Source: Eledone cirrhosa
Lineage: Eukaryota
Assembly: GCA_964016885.1 (NCBI GenBank)
Contig: OZ024745.1
Span: 75,206,001-75,270,000, forward strand
Reading direction: 5' to 3'
DNA length: 64,000 nucleotides
Shown: piece after piece, positions 13,679 through 26,437 of the stretch
How the letters are laid out: the number at the start of each line of letters is the position of its first letter
Numbering within the stretch: the stretch's first letter is position 1
The notes under the pieces: model-generated
What the model was told of the DNA's origin: nothing
Database searches by the model: none
What the model saw: only the letters and a program-made list of their open reading frames with translations
Program-made: the position numbers and the translations under genes

Positions 13679-14131
13679 AAAGGAACGATCGACTTTCGTC
13701 AAATCGGACCGAGGGAACAATGTTTCCGTTGGTCTTTCCAATTGCTAATACTATCTATCGGTCGCAACTCCAGGTAGAAGGAGCAAGGTGAAATAAAGTG
13801 TCTTGCTCAAGGATATAACGCATAGCCTGGTCCAGGAATCGAACTCACAACCTTACGATTGCGAATCCAATTCTCTAACAAGTCAGCCACACGCCTTCAC
13901 CATTTGTGTGAAGGCGTGTGGCTGAGTGGTTAGAAAATTGTATTCGCAATCGTAAGGTTGTGAGTTAGATTCCTGGACCAGGCTATGCGTTATATCCTTG
14001 AGCAAGACACTTTATTTCACCTTGCTCCTTCTACCTGGAGTTGCGACCGATAGATAGTATTAGCAATTGGAAAGACCAACGGAAACATTGTTCCCTCGGT
14101 CCGATTTGACAAAAAAGTCGATCGTTCCTTT
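13679..14131. repeat. Head-to-head inverted pair of CORE/V-like SINE heads (palindrome, about 222 bp arms, 7 nt spacer)
   Basis: 13679-13900 is the reverse complement of 13908-14131 with few mismatches; tatttgatatat direct repeat at 13666 and 14132. Confidence 0.9.
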
Positions 14132-14269
14132 TATTTGATATATATTTATCCTTATCGAGCCCTCTTTGGATTTTAGTCTTCAAATTTATTATTATTACTC
14201 TAATATATAATTGCTGGCCTTGTGCCAAAAGTAGAAACAATTATATATATATATATTATATATATATAA

Positions 14270-14430
14270 CGTCAGACACCATGTTTTGCAGCATAGTTAT
14301 GGCCCTTTGCGTTCTGAGTTCAAATCCGCGAGGTTAACTTTGCCTTTTGATCCTTACGAGGTCGATAAAATAAAGTACCAGTGGTGCACTGGGGTAATCG
14401 CTGGCCTTGTGCCAAAAGTATAAACTATAT
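14270..14430 (+). mobile_element. Deu/Nin-like SINE, 5' truncated
   Basis: gttctgagttcaaatc...gtcgataaaataaagtaccag. Confidence 0.8.
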
Positions 14431-15399
14431 TATATATATATATTATATAGGAAAGTATTTATTCAATAACAGTCATGTATATATTTACTCTTTAATATGC
14501 TAATTAGTTATAAAATATTCAGATTAATTCTCAGTGTCTTCATTCATTAATTTATTTAGGCCATGTGCAGACAATTAAGATAATGCATAAAAAAATCTTG
14601 GTAATTGAATTTCAATATTTTTTTCTTTTGTTGCTCTCTTCACATGATTGACATATTTTCTTGAAATTTAAGAGTTAAAAGATTTTGTAAGAAAGCAAAA
14701 GTCGGCTTGCTACTACTGAAATCATTTGAAATAAGACGTGCAGACAAAAAAAATACATGTCATAAGCCATCAAAAAAATGTCTAACACTTTCATAGAGAG
14801 AATCGACTAGAAAATAATTTTCATAATTCATTTATAAAATGATGTCTGGAAGTAGGAGACCTAGCAGAACTTTCACCTAAAAGTTTGTCATATATCGCGG
14901 CTTTTAGACATTTCATGTTACATTTCATCCTCCGTACCTTCAACAGTGTTAATATTTGATGCAATCCAATAACTTATATATTTATTTCGTTCATGTGACT
15001 GAGAGGATAGCTCATAGTTTCCACGAAACATATCAAATTGAAAGCATTCTCTATAGAATTGTCAAGACATCCAATAATATGAAAAGAAATTGGCAAAAGA
15101 CCATACATTTTTGGTACGGATCCCTATCAAAATAAGCAGTGCTAAAATATTAGCACAGCAATTTAATCATTTCGGATTTTTATTGATTTTGACAGGATTT
15201 TAAAGAAGCCAATTATTTAAATAGTGTTATATTCAGATAATCAATTCTCATCATAAGGTATTAAATTATTTGACCATTGTTCGAGATGTATGCAACATAA
15301 GAAATTATAAAGGAAATAAAGTTGTGATTATGATTAGAAAAAAAAAAAGTCACTGAATATTTTTCCTCAGGATCTTTTCATTTTGAAGAGCCAGTTTTA

Positions 15400-15960
15400 G
15401 CCGCCCAGGTTAGCTTTGCCTTTCATCCTTACGGGGTCGATAAAATAAAGTACCAGTAATGCACTGGGATCGATCCCCCTCCCCCCTCAAACAATTCTGG
15501 CCTTGTGCCTATAGTAGAAATCATTATTATAAACTGATTTAGGGTGGGGGATTGATAGAATCGGTAGAGCGCCGGACAAAATGCTTCGCGGCATAGTATT
15601 ACGGCCCTTTACGTTCTGAGTTCAAATCCCGCCGAGGTTAGCTTTGCCTTTCATCGTTACGGGGGTCAACAAAATATAGCACCAGTAATGTACTGGGGTC
15701 GATTTAATCGACTATCTCCTGCCCCTTGTGCCTAAAGAAGAAACAATTATCATAAATTGCTTTAACGGTGGTTAGCGTGTCGTATAAATGATTTTAAGTA
15801 TTTGTTTCGACTTCTAATGCTCTGAGTTTCAAACCTAATGCCGTATTACTATTACATCAGTATGTCAATCTTCTGATAATAAACGGGATTTGAACTTAGA
15901 ACGTAAATGTCCGTAACTAAACAACGACGTCCTAACAATTCTGTCAACCTATCGACTGAG
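15400..15960. mobile_element. Cluster of Deu/Nin-like SINE copies and fragments
   Basis: Partial + copy 15400-15530, full + copy about 15545-15750, fragments 15770-15840 (+) and 15880-15960 (-). Confidence 0.8.
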
Positions 15961-17489
15961 ACTAATATAGATATTATCAGGGAAAGTTTCCTCAAATTGG
16001 TGAACATGTCAGAAACTAACGCAGGATCCACCATCACACTAGAGTTGATCGTCTGACAATAAGTTGCGTCCTTCCTGCCTGGTTATTGCCAACGATAAAA
16101 TGAGTAGTAAATGAGTAAATGAACCTCTTCGATGAAAATGTTTCAGCGTAATTATTACCTCATTTTCCTCTTTTCCTGCACTCATTCGTTTTATCTTCAT
16201 TTACTAATAATTATTTAATCTCCTCTTTTTAAATCTCCTTATTTTAATATGTTCTCCTTTATTATTTCCTCTTCAGTTTTCTGCCGTTTCCTTCTCTCTT
16301 TCCTGTGATACTTTCCTCTCGATATTGCAGCAGTTCTGACTCACCAATGTTTTAGTTAATGTATCAATCTTTCTTTTCTAGTTGTTCGCTATTTGCTTTA
16401 ATCGTATTGCTCGTTCAAGTAAAAGTAGTCACTTCCTTCCCATGGCGTCTTTTTATATTCCTACACTGCTGAACATAAGGAATAAAGCTTTTGTTGTTGA
16501 TCCGAGCCACTGTGCAGGTACATGTGTAAATATACGTAGATGTGTGCCCTATGTATATATGTATGTCTGTGTATGACATATATATACACACACATATATA
16601 TATATGGCTGTGTGTTTATGCATGTCGTATATATGCATTTGTTATATATATATTATTATGTGTGTGAGCGAGAAGGTAAGTGTGCAATCGCTTATCTTTC
16701 TAAAAAAAAAAAAGAAAAGCAAAAACAGGTGTAATCAACGATGGATGAAAGAAAGCATAAAATTGACTCGTCCTATTTTTAGAGAGAAGATAATACCTTG
16801 TTGTTGGGAAATCCTTTCTTTCTAGCTTGATATTCTTGTCTTCCATTTCAAATGTCAACGGCCAAGTTGCTTAATTACATAGGGAGTTAGCTAGTGTCCC
16901 ACATAAATACATGCAATCACACATACACATATAGAAATATACACAATCACATACTCATACCTACGCAGTCAAATACACAGATACGTACAGAGTCACTTAC
17001 TGACAAAGTGACATACACACACGCATGGTAACATGCACACATTTACACAAACGCACAGAATCACATAATCGTACAAACATACACATATATGTGTGTATAT
17101 ATATATATATACAGCCACATGCATATTCAGGGTTCCAATAAATAATGGAACGCTAAGCAAGATATTTTTTGACTTGGAAGGCTGGTTGAGGCAGTAGAGC
17201 CCTGTACTAATTGTGCCCAAAACATTGTATGCCGTTTCATTACGTTCACAATCCATGTATTAAACCAGAGTCAACCTTGTATTTAATCATCTTTTTTCTT
17301 TTATTTTCCCCCTGGTTTCAATTATTAGATTGCGGCCATACTGAAACACCGTTTTCAAGGGTTTCTAACCTATTATATCGACCCAAGTACCTTCATTCTT
17401 ATTTTATTGTTTTCGTAAGATACAAAATACAAGGACAACCTTAATGCAAGGAGATTTAATTCATTCGGAGATTCATTGTGTAGAATATT

Positions 17490-17910
17490 TCTGTTCGAAT
17501 GTACCAGTTTTCACAGTAGTATTTTGTGGCTCTCCTCAGGACATCATTATTGGAGAACCCTGTATGTAATCTTAAGTATGCGCAAATACCATTGATGGAA
17601 TACATCCAACTTCTGAGTGATCTTGTTAGTCATCTGGCACGTTTCCTCTGAGTAGACTGCCGGAAACTGTGACAGAGTGAAGAATGAGACTTGCTTGATA
17701 TGTTCTTTTGAATGCTAGAACGGCGATTAGCAAGAAATGCAATGATGTAGATACCGCCAGCGGAAAGAAAAAGGAAAGGGGGTAAGTTCAAGGAAGACAT
17801 GGCGCAATACATTCAAAGATTTTAAATTGTTTAACATCATATGGAAAGAAGCAGACGACCGAGGACAAAACTGAAATAATTAGCGATTTCTTGCTACCCA
17901 ATATACAGTA
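17490..17910. pseudogene. Degenerate RTE-clade LINE 3' fragment with inverted 5' portion
   Basis: Minus strand about 17530-17625 reads KITQKLDVFHQWYLRILKITY..SNNDVLRRA; plus strand about 17680-17820 reads ..RLARNAMM*IPP..RKTWRNTFKD. These are consecutive RTE C-terminal motifs. Confidence 0.6.
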
Positions 17911-18219
17911 TAATTGTGGACCTGTGTTGCCAATAATAACGGCAATAGAGTTGAATGTTTTAATCTTTGTAGCCCACAAATGGTGTGCCATATATACCAG
18001 GAATACTAAATATATGAAACAATCATTCAAACTGGAAAAATTACGCTTTGAAAATTAATGGTTTGAATAAGGGAAATCCTATAATATATGTTGATTACTA
18101 ACACCTGGAGGAACTATGCTCTCAATAAATTAGTAAGTATATATTAGTATACCTTTTGTTAGCAGTTTTATAACTGTTAATTTTAAAGGGCAATTTGACA
18201 GTCGATTAAATTCCGTCTG

Positions 18220-18460
18220 TGTTCTGAGTTCAAAATCCCACCGAGGCCAGTTTTGTCCATCACACATTGAGGGTCACCAAATAAAGCACCAGGTGCAGAG
18301 GATTGGTGGAATTATTAAAGGGACGTAGAGGATATTTTATGGTATCTGTTCCGGCCAAGGACGAAAGACACAGTTGGCCTAGGCGAGATTTAAACCCAGA
18401 ACGCAGAGACTCAGAACAAAATCCGACACCCTAACGACTCTGCCAATTCGCCGCCTAACG
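18220..18460. mobile_element. Degraded Deu/Nin-like SINE fragments in both orientations
   Basis: gttctgagttcaaaatcccaccgagg (+); gagatttaaacccagaacg...tgccaattcgccgcct (-). Confidence 0.65.
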
Positions 18461-19139
18461 GTAATATCTCAAGAAAACTTTTTTTCTTATTCAAAATGCA
18501 AATTAAATTTCGCACGAACTCTTGGCATATCTATATATTTACGAAGAAGGAAAATGGTCTTCTTTACTGTAGTTACTTTAGCAATTATATCTGAGGTTCC
18601 TTTTAGCTTCTTTATTTTTCAAAGTATTATCTTTAATATAGAAACTAGTAACTTCAGGAGACGTTTGAATTGGTTCGAAATGAATTTATGTTTTGGAAAT
18701 TCAATAATGTTTGATCGGGGGTTAGTTCTTTAAACATGTTTATGAACAAATGCGTCAACTTTAATCGTATTAGTGAATTGTATCGTATTATTTAAATCTA
18801 ATTCTTTTCAAGTCTTTCATAACATACTACTGAAAGAAAAGAAACTCGGAAAGAATTTGTGTGAGTATTGCTGTTCAGGCGTGTTTTCATCTATGTGCTA
18901 TTCGATATTAGAATTGAATTTAAAAAGGTTAAATTTATCAGTCAATTTAAAAAAAAATCTCTTGGGGTTGATACGAACTTCGCTATTGGCAATCTTTGCT
19001 TCAGTGTTAGATGGCTAATTATTTTACTGACTGAAAATAAAATCAATAATAGTTAACAGTGGGAGGAAATAGAATATATTTTTTAACGAGAAATTCCTCA
19101 TTCCAGTTATGTATTAATTTCTTGCAATGTTGTGTCACA

Positions 19140-19470
19140 TTACTGGGGTACACTAGTCATTAAACACTCCATCGATCATGGGTGACTATGGGTTTGCCTG
19201 GACAATGCATTTTGTGGAAGATCAGCAGTTACACATGTACGCTAATCTCCTTTCTCTACGTCACTGGGGCTATCCAAGGGGAAAAGTGAAGGACGATACA
19301 GCTTGCCTTCAATGATCTTAATTATTTTATTTTCCAGCTTACTGGACTGGAACAACCTGAAATAAAGTGTCTTGCTCAAAAACACAATACGCCGTTAAAT
19401 CCAGGTATAAAACTCACAAGTTTACAACCGTGAGCCCAACACTCTAACCACTAAACAATGCACCTTCACA
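19140..19470 (-). mobile_element. CORE/V-like SINE, degraded
   Basis: gaaataaagtgtcttgctcaa...aactcacaag...ctaaccactaaac...ccttcaca. Confidence 0.7.
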
Positions 19471-19499
19471 TTAACAGCCTCATGTATGGTATGTATGGA

Positions 19500-19780
19500 C
19501 TCGTAACTCCAGAGAGAGACATACGGCGTTTCTAGGGCATTTGTAAACCTGGTGGAGTCCATTTCCTTTCCAGGCCTGACTACAGCAGATTTCTTTCAGA
19601 GAAGGATAGAGAGAGTGAGAGAAAAGAAGTGAGGAAGATATATAGTGGTAGAATCGACCCCCAGTTCTAGACTGGTACTTTTTTTATCGAACTTAAATGG
19701 ATGAAGGGCAGTTGACCTCGGTGAGATTTGAACACAAAGCATTCTATCCGACGTTCTAATGACTGCCAATTCGCCGCCTG
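19500..19780 (-). mobile_element. Deu/Nin-like SINE with extended 3' tail; second copy about 27560-27870
   Basis: atacggcgtttc.agggca...gcagatttctt.cagagaaggataga shared at 19521 and 27606, each adjoining a minus-strand SINE. Confidence 0.7.
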
Positions 19781-20321
19781 AACAGCTCCATATAGCCGAG
19801 GAAAAGATAAGTAGCAATATGAAAATACACTGCTTTCCAGAATACATCAATCAGAACTCATAGCTACGCTGTATTGTGGACAACACTGTATTAGGTTTCA
19901 ATTCACTATGTCTGTCACAAACACCTTTTAAATAGAAACTTACTACATTTAGCTGTCGTAATCTGGAATAATCTGTTAGAAACATTGTTTCTAACAATGG
20001 AATATAAATATCTAAGAACATAAATTCCAAAATTTTCACTTGTTCCCTCTAATATTCAATGAATCATATGTTGATATATTTAATTTCTTTTCGAAACGAG
20101 AATCAAATTTCAAATTAGGTTATTGTTCACAAATGCAAGTTTAACAAGGAGGGCTACATTAGATGTGTATGTTCTCCAATTCTGGTACATAATTGGAAGT
20201 ATTATTGACCCATTATTAGCAAAGAACTTTAAGAATAAATACAAAAGGATATCCATTATGTATGAGGTCAGTATTTAAATACTAATGTACATGTGCCGTC
20301 AATAATGACTATAAAAGTACA

Positions 20322-20358
<37 letters not shown>

Positions 20359-20821
20359 AGAAAAGTGACAGCGAGGTATATGCAACGTAACTAATTAAAA
20401 CATTGTCTCAGCTACAGCTAGAAAAATTAATAGACTTTCATTTTAATTCTCTCCTAGTGCCATTCACTCACTCACTTATTCTCTATTTGTGGTTTGAAAG
20501 CCTCCAACTACATTAATTAAAATTAAAATGTAAAAAATACACGTTGTTGTTTAACCTCAGGCAAGATCTAATCGAGTTGAACATATAATCAAAGGAATTC
20601 AAGACGTGATAATCTCATCTTTTCAGATATAACTGTATAGTTAAGGATGTTGCTTTGCAAGCATGGGGTTCTGAGTGCAGTCATGTTCCGTAGTATCTTA
20701 GACAAGTGTCTTCAACTATAGCCTCGAGTGGAATTTGGTGACGGAAACTTCAGGAGCCCGTCATATATATAGATATAAACTTTTTTCATAAAATTGTAGC
20801 TATAAAACAGTCGGCTGCTAA

Positions 20822-20996
<175 letters not shown>

Positions 20997-21019
20997 CCTT
21001 AGATCACGAATTTATCATG

Positions 21020-22270
21020 GTTTTGCACCCAGAAAGTTCCTTTCCGAGGCACATGCCTGGTCAATGTGGGTTTGTGAAAACCAAAAGTCACCCATGCATA
21101 CCAGTCTCCCCTCTCCACGTCACCGATGTTGTCCAAGAGAAAGGCAATGACTGATACAGCTTGACACCAGTGACGTCGCAACTCATTCCTACAGCAACGT
21201 TAAATAAAGTGAACACAACGCATCGCCCTGACCGGGATTCGAGCTCACAATCGTAAGGTTGTGAGCTCAATATTTGTGTGTGTGTTTATATCTTGTAACT
21301 TCGACAAGATCGATAAAATAAATTGAAAAATGAGTACTGAGATCGATATTATCAAGTAAATCAATGGAGTGCTCAAGCCTGACCGCAATCTAATGTCTGA
21401 AATATGTAAAAGAATAAAAGAATTGCATATCAAGGTCTACATTATTCAATCTATTATTTCTATGGCTCATTCAGAATAGAAAAAGCTGCACCCATGACCC
21501 CTTTCTAGTGCGTCCAAGATAATTGAAATAAAGGGAGGTGGTGGGGATATTTTGGAGACCTATATCGTACGTTTGTAATGAAGTGAACTGCAATAAAGGC
21601 ACCCAAGTACCGAGTGGTGGTGTTAAATGGGAACAACAACAGAGGCAGTCCACCTGACGGGCTTATGCACAGTTTCCGTGTAGAAGCTCGTCAATCCAAT
21701 TCCATTCACAAGATTTGAACTGACTTGTCGCTTTAATAGAGATCACTTACTTGAGGTGTCGCACAACCGAATTGAACCCGTTACCAATGATCATAGTGGG
21801 CTTTTAGTCAATTTTATCTAATCTGTGTGGAAGCAGCATGAAGAAATACGCTTTGCAATCACAAGGTTCGGATTCGAGAGCACTGCATGACATCTTGGGC
21901 AAGTGTTATTTAAGATAACCTCAAATCGACTCAAGCTTGTGAGTGAAACTAAGTTGACAGAAACTACATGGAAGCCCATAGGATAGTCCACGCATGTAAT
22001 ACAAAGGGTCAGCCTTGTCCCACATCATGTCACACTGAATTTATCTGAGAATTACGTTAAGAGTATATCTGTTTGTGGAGTATCTAACTACTTGCACATT
22101 AATGTTATGGAGCAGGCTGTTTAGTTGATCGGACAACTGGAACACTCTTCGTCAATACCGACGGTGGCCCATTCGATTCAATTTATCCTTTTTTAAGACT
22201 AGAGTGTGATCTGATGGAGATTTGGGTGTTATTTCTAGTAGGTCAGGCGACTAAGTAGAGGCTAACTGGT
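21020..22270. mobile_element. Old SINE fragments of CORE/V-like families
   Basis: 21020-21270 (-) and 21830-22170 (+) resemble the 19140 and 52978 copies. Confidence 0.6.
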
Positions 22271-25200
22271 TTTCGCTACTGTATGATATTGCAATAGAAA
22301 GTAGAGTACATTGTTGTTTCAAGAAATATATTGATTTCTTCTGAGTAGGCAAACTGTTATTTTGACAAGGATAGGATTTATAGACGGCCAGTATTTTACA
22401 GTGTTTTCTTAATAAACATTCTATTCTCTGTTTAAAATCCTTTCTTGTCACTTCATTCAAACACTCACAACATATACGTCAACACCCACACTTGAACACT
22501 CTAACAAGAAACTAAACAGTTACAGTCTCAACTACATTAAAATGTCAGCTAAAATGACAGCGTCGAGGAAACCACGTTAAGGATCCTTTATTGTAAGCCA
22601 CTCGCTAGGAGTAGACTAAAATTCCATTAGCATTAATGGTTTCAGGTTCAATTCCAATGTGGTCGTCTTGGGCAACTGTCCTTTACCATGCCTTAGAATC
22701 GACCCCAGCATTGTAAATGAAACTGGTTTGATGGTAACTGGAGGAAATCCATCAAATGGCCCGTACATGTTTTGGGGCACTAAATTTCCCCCGGTGCCCA
22801 GGTTAAAGGTATCACCTGTCTTTAGCGGAGCCCATTTTGTGTTACATATTCGGATGAGGTATCCCATTTATTCCTCCATTTGACTTACCAGTCCTGGAAG
22901 CCACCCAGAAAGGCTATGGACGCTGCTCCTCCGTTTTTGACTAAGCCATAAAAAGTGTTATTTAAAATTATAAAACAAATACAATAATTACAACAATTTT
23001 TTCAACTAAAATAGATAAGACTTTCGAAACTCCGACGCTGATTCCGTAGAAGCTCCCTCACTGGTTCACCCTTGAAGGATAGGTTAAATAAGTACCAGTC
23101 ATATAGGGTCAACTTCATCTACTATCAGCATTCAGTGCAAAATATGTGACCTTGTGCCTATGTTAGAAATCAATAACAAATACACGCTATTGTTCATCAT
23201 TCCTCCAAAAACAGACAATTGAAAGGAAACCGAAGATTAATGGTTGCCAAGACAAAATGTTTTTTGGAACGAAAATATTAAGATTAAGACGGAATTCAGC
23301 AACAAACAACAAAATCCCCCAACAAAAACCAAACAACTATTTTTTGATATTCTTCCAATGCTTTTGTCAATAAATATTATAACATTGAAAGAAAAAGAAT
23401 TTCCACATAAGAAAGATTTTCTTGAGCATACATCAATAAATGATAAAATAGAGAACTTGCTGTTCACCGAAGAAAATAATATAAAAGAAAAACACAATCG
23501 GTGATCTTTCATGAAAAGACAAATTATAGGGAGATGAGCTACCTATAGATTATTTCTGATATCGATGTAATGTGCTCAGATTTCTGGACACGATTTTAGC
23601 GTGAATTAGATTGGAGGTGATGGTGGCCGTGGGGTTTATAAAATGTGCTACAACATTAACAGAAATAATTCATTTAGACAACACACTGTTAAGACCTTAC
23701 GAAGATGAGCTGATTACGATACTGTTAATAGGAAATTGGCAAGAATGAAGGAGGACTTTTCTCTGATATGACTGATAATATGATACAGCAATATTATTAA
23801 TCAGGATGCGTGTGGAGCGATTATGTTTTGGCTTTCATTTTATTCTCTTCATCTTATTTCTTCAGTTCGAACTGATATTTATATTAACGAACATTAATGC
23901 CCTCCCCACCAAAGTAAAGAAATGCAACGCAAATACGAATATTTAGGCTTCACTTAATATTGTACAGTAACACCACATTTATTAATTAGTAAACTTAATG
24001 ATCTCTGACATAGACCCGTGATCAAACATTTTCAAAGAGGAAAGGAAATAAAAAAAAACGATTTTCCAGACGCTCTGTTTTCATTGGTCTTTCCAATGCT
24101 TATAATATCTGGTAGTTACAACTCCTGGTAGAAGCGACACTGATTTTTCAGTAACAGGAGGCAAGATTCGAACTCAGAATGTACAGGACCAAAACAGATA
24201 CCAGCTCGCCTGACGCTGTAACAATTCCGCCAATTCACCATACTGGACTGGTACTTTATTTATCGATCCCAAAAGGACGAAAGGAGGCGTTTAAATTCAG
24301 TGTGCAGAGAGCCTGAACAAATACTGCAAAGCATTTAATCCGACACATTAACAACCTTGACAATTCACCGAAGACGAAACAATTGGTTAAATGAACCGTT
24401 ATAATTGACTGGGACGCAGGCATATCCGAATGGTTAAGACATTCGCTTTAAAATCATAAGGTTTCAGTTTCAATCTCACGATTGCTATCTTTGCAGTTTT
24501 GTGTGCAAGATGCAACCCAAACGTCACCCCACCTCAGGCATAGAGGCTATCAGCTCCCTCCCCCTTCCTTTCTTCCGTGGCCTCATAGTCCTTGCTTTGT
24601 GGTATCTTGGGAATGTGGGTTTTTTTTTTTTTACCATAGTCTCGGATCAACCCAGACATTGTGAGTGAAACTGTAAAATTGTACGGAAGTTTGTCAGATG
24701 GTTTATACTTGTAATTTTTTGGAAAGTTATTTAGGCTCGCTAGTATATTTTATTTATTTTATAATTTAATAGAATTACAAACAATAAATCAATTCACAGT
24801 TGCATAAATAACATTGCAAATATTGATGGAAATTTGAAAGTAATAGAAAGGCATATCTGATTGTATAGGAAATTAGAAGAAAAGGCTATAAATGCCATAA
24901 AAAGAGGCAAAAAGCAAGGAATTTGGGGCCTCGGAAGAAAGGGAGGGGAAAAGAGAGAGAGGGTGATAGGCTCTATGATTGGGACAGGGTAGTGTTTCAG
25001 TGAATCCTATCTCAGAAGGTTCAGATTATCTTGAGGCTATGGTAAAGACACTAGCACACAATGTGATCATATCAAAGATCTCATGGTTGTAAAAAGAACT
25101 TCTTAACCATTCAGCCAAGCCTGTGTTGCAAGAAGTAAGATGAAAATGGTGGTATCAAGAACATTTTGATGGGATCTGTTTAAATACGACTATCCTTTAC

Positions 25201-25359
25201 TTGGAATATAATGGTATTGCGTAAATAAAATAATCTTCTAATACGAACAGAGATGTCCCGATTTATAAACAGATGGAAAATGAAATTATGAGGATAACAA
25301 AACTATCTCTTAGAGATGTGAAGAGAAATGAATACGACTATTAATGAATACATCATACG

Positions 25360-25720
25360 AGGTCGATAAAATAAAGCACCAGTAATGCACTGGGTTCGAT
25401 TTAATCGACTTGGCCCTCTCACCAAGATGATTGGCCTTGTGCCTAAATCAGAAAACATTATTTTCTCTCTACTCAGAAACCTCCAAGAGATTATGTTCAC
25501 ACGTCGCAGGGATTATTGTTTCCGCATCAAAAACACTATACGATATTTGTATCTGCTCTTTACGTTCTGAGTTCAAATTCCACTGAAGCAAACCTTGCTT
25601 TTCATCCTTCTGGGATAAAAAAATAAAGTACCAGTCAAGTACAGGGGTCAGTACAATCGAATTTCTCCTCTCCATAAATTGCAGGCCATGTGCTTAAATT
25701 AGAAATCCTTATTATTATTA
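25360..25720 (+). mobile_element. Two Deu/Nin-like SINE pieces
   Basis: gaggtcgataaaataaagcaccag; gttctgagttcaaattcc...ttcatccttctgggataaaa. Confidence 0.75.
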
Positions 25721-26244
25721 TTTATGAGGGAAATCCAATGCGTTGTTGAAAATCAATTATTATATATGGCCATGGAGGTACACAACTCTGAACTGGAAGC
25801 TGAAATATATTTGGTGGCGGTAGTGGTGTTATAATATCGATCTGCTTTCCATACTTTTATTTATATATATATAGTGTCAATTGTTATTGCATTGATAGAT
25901 TAGAATACAGGCTATTTTGGGAATGAGTGCACTGTTACAAACTGTGATATGTTTCATGTTTTTCTTCATGTTAATTCATCATAACTTGCTGCACAGATTA
26001 CGTTAAATGTTATCGCCTGTTCTATTATTATCTAAATCTTATTCCAGTTTAACTTAGAGGTCCGTCCGTACTTCAATAACTTAGCTACCGTTTGGAAGCA
26101 CTTTTCCTCTTAAAAGATATCGGGCTTTATCATATAATATAAAGTTTTTACATGTCGGACGATTTTGTTCTCTTGTTTGTCAATCTGTACAGTCAAATAC
26201 CTAATACCATTTTGATTAGATATAGCTATCTATCATTTGATCAA

Positions 26245-26437
26245 GGGCGGTGGATTGGCAGTATTGGTAGAGGGTCGGATGCCATGCTTTGACGCATAGA
26301 GTTACGGCCCTTGCTATTCTGAGTTCAAATCCCACCGCGGTTAACTTTGCCTTTCATCCTTACGGGGTCGATAAAATAAAGTACCAGTAATACACTGGGT
26401 AATTGCTGGCCTTGTGCCTAACGTAGAAACAATTATT
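26245..26437 (+). mobile_element. Full-length Deu/Nin-like SINE
   Basis: gggcggtggattggcagtattggtagag A-box, gagttcaaatccc B-box, ctttcatccttacggggtcgataaaataaagtaccag. Confidence 0.88.

Noticed and set aside
23237-23512. Overlapping 86-91 aa ORFs
   Set aside because: No recognisable motif or convincing splice context.
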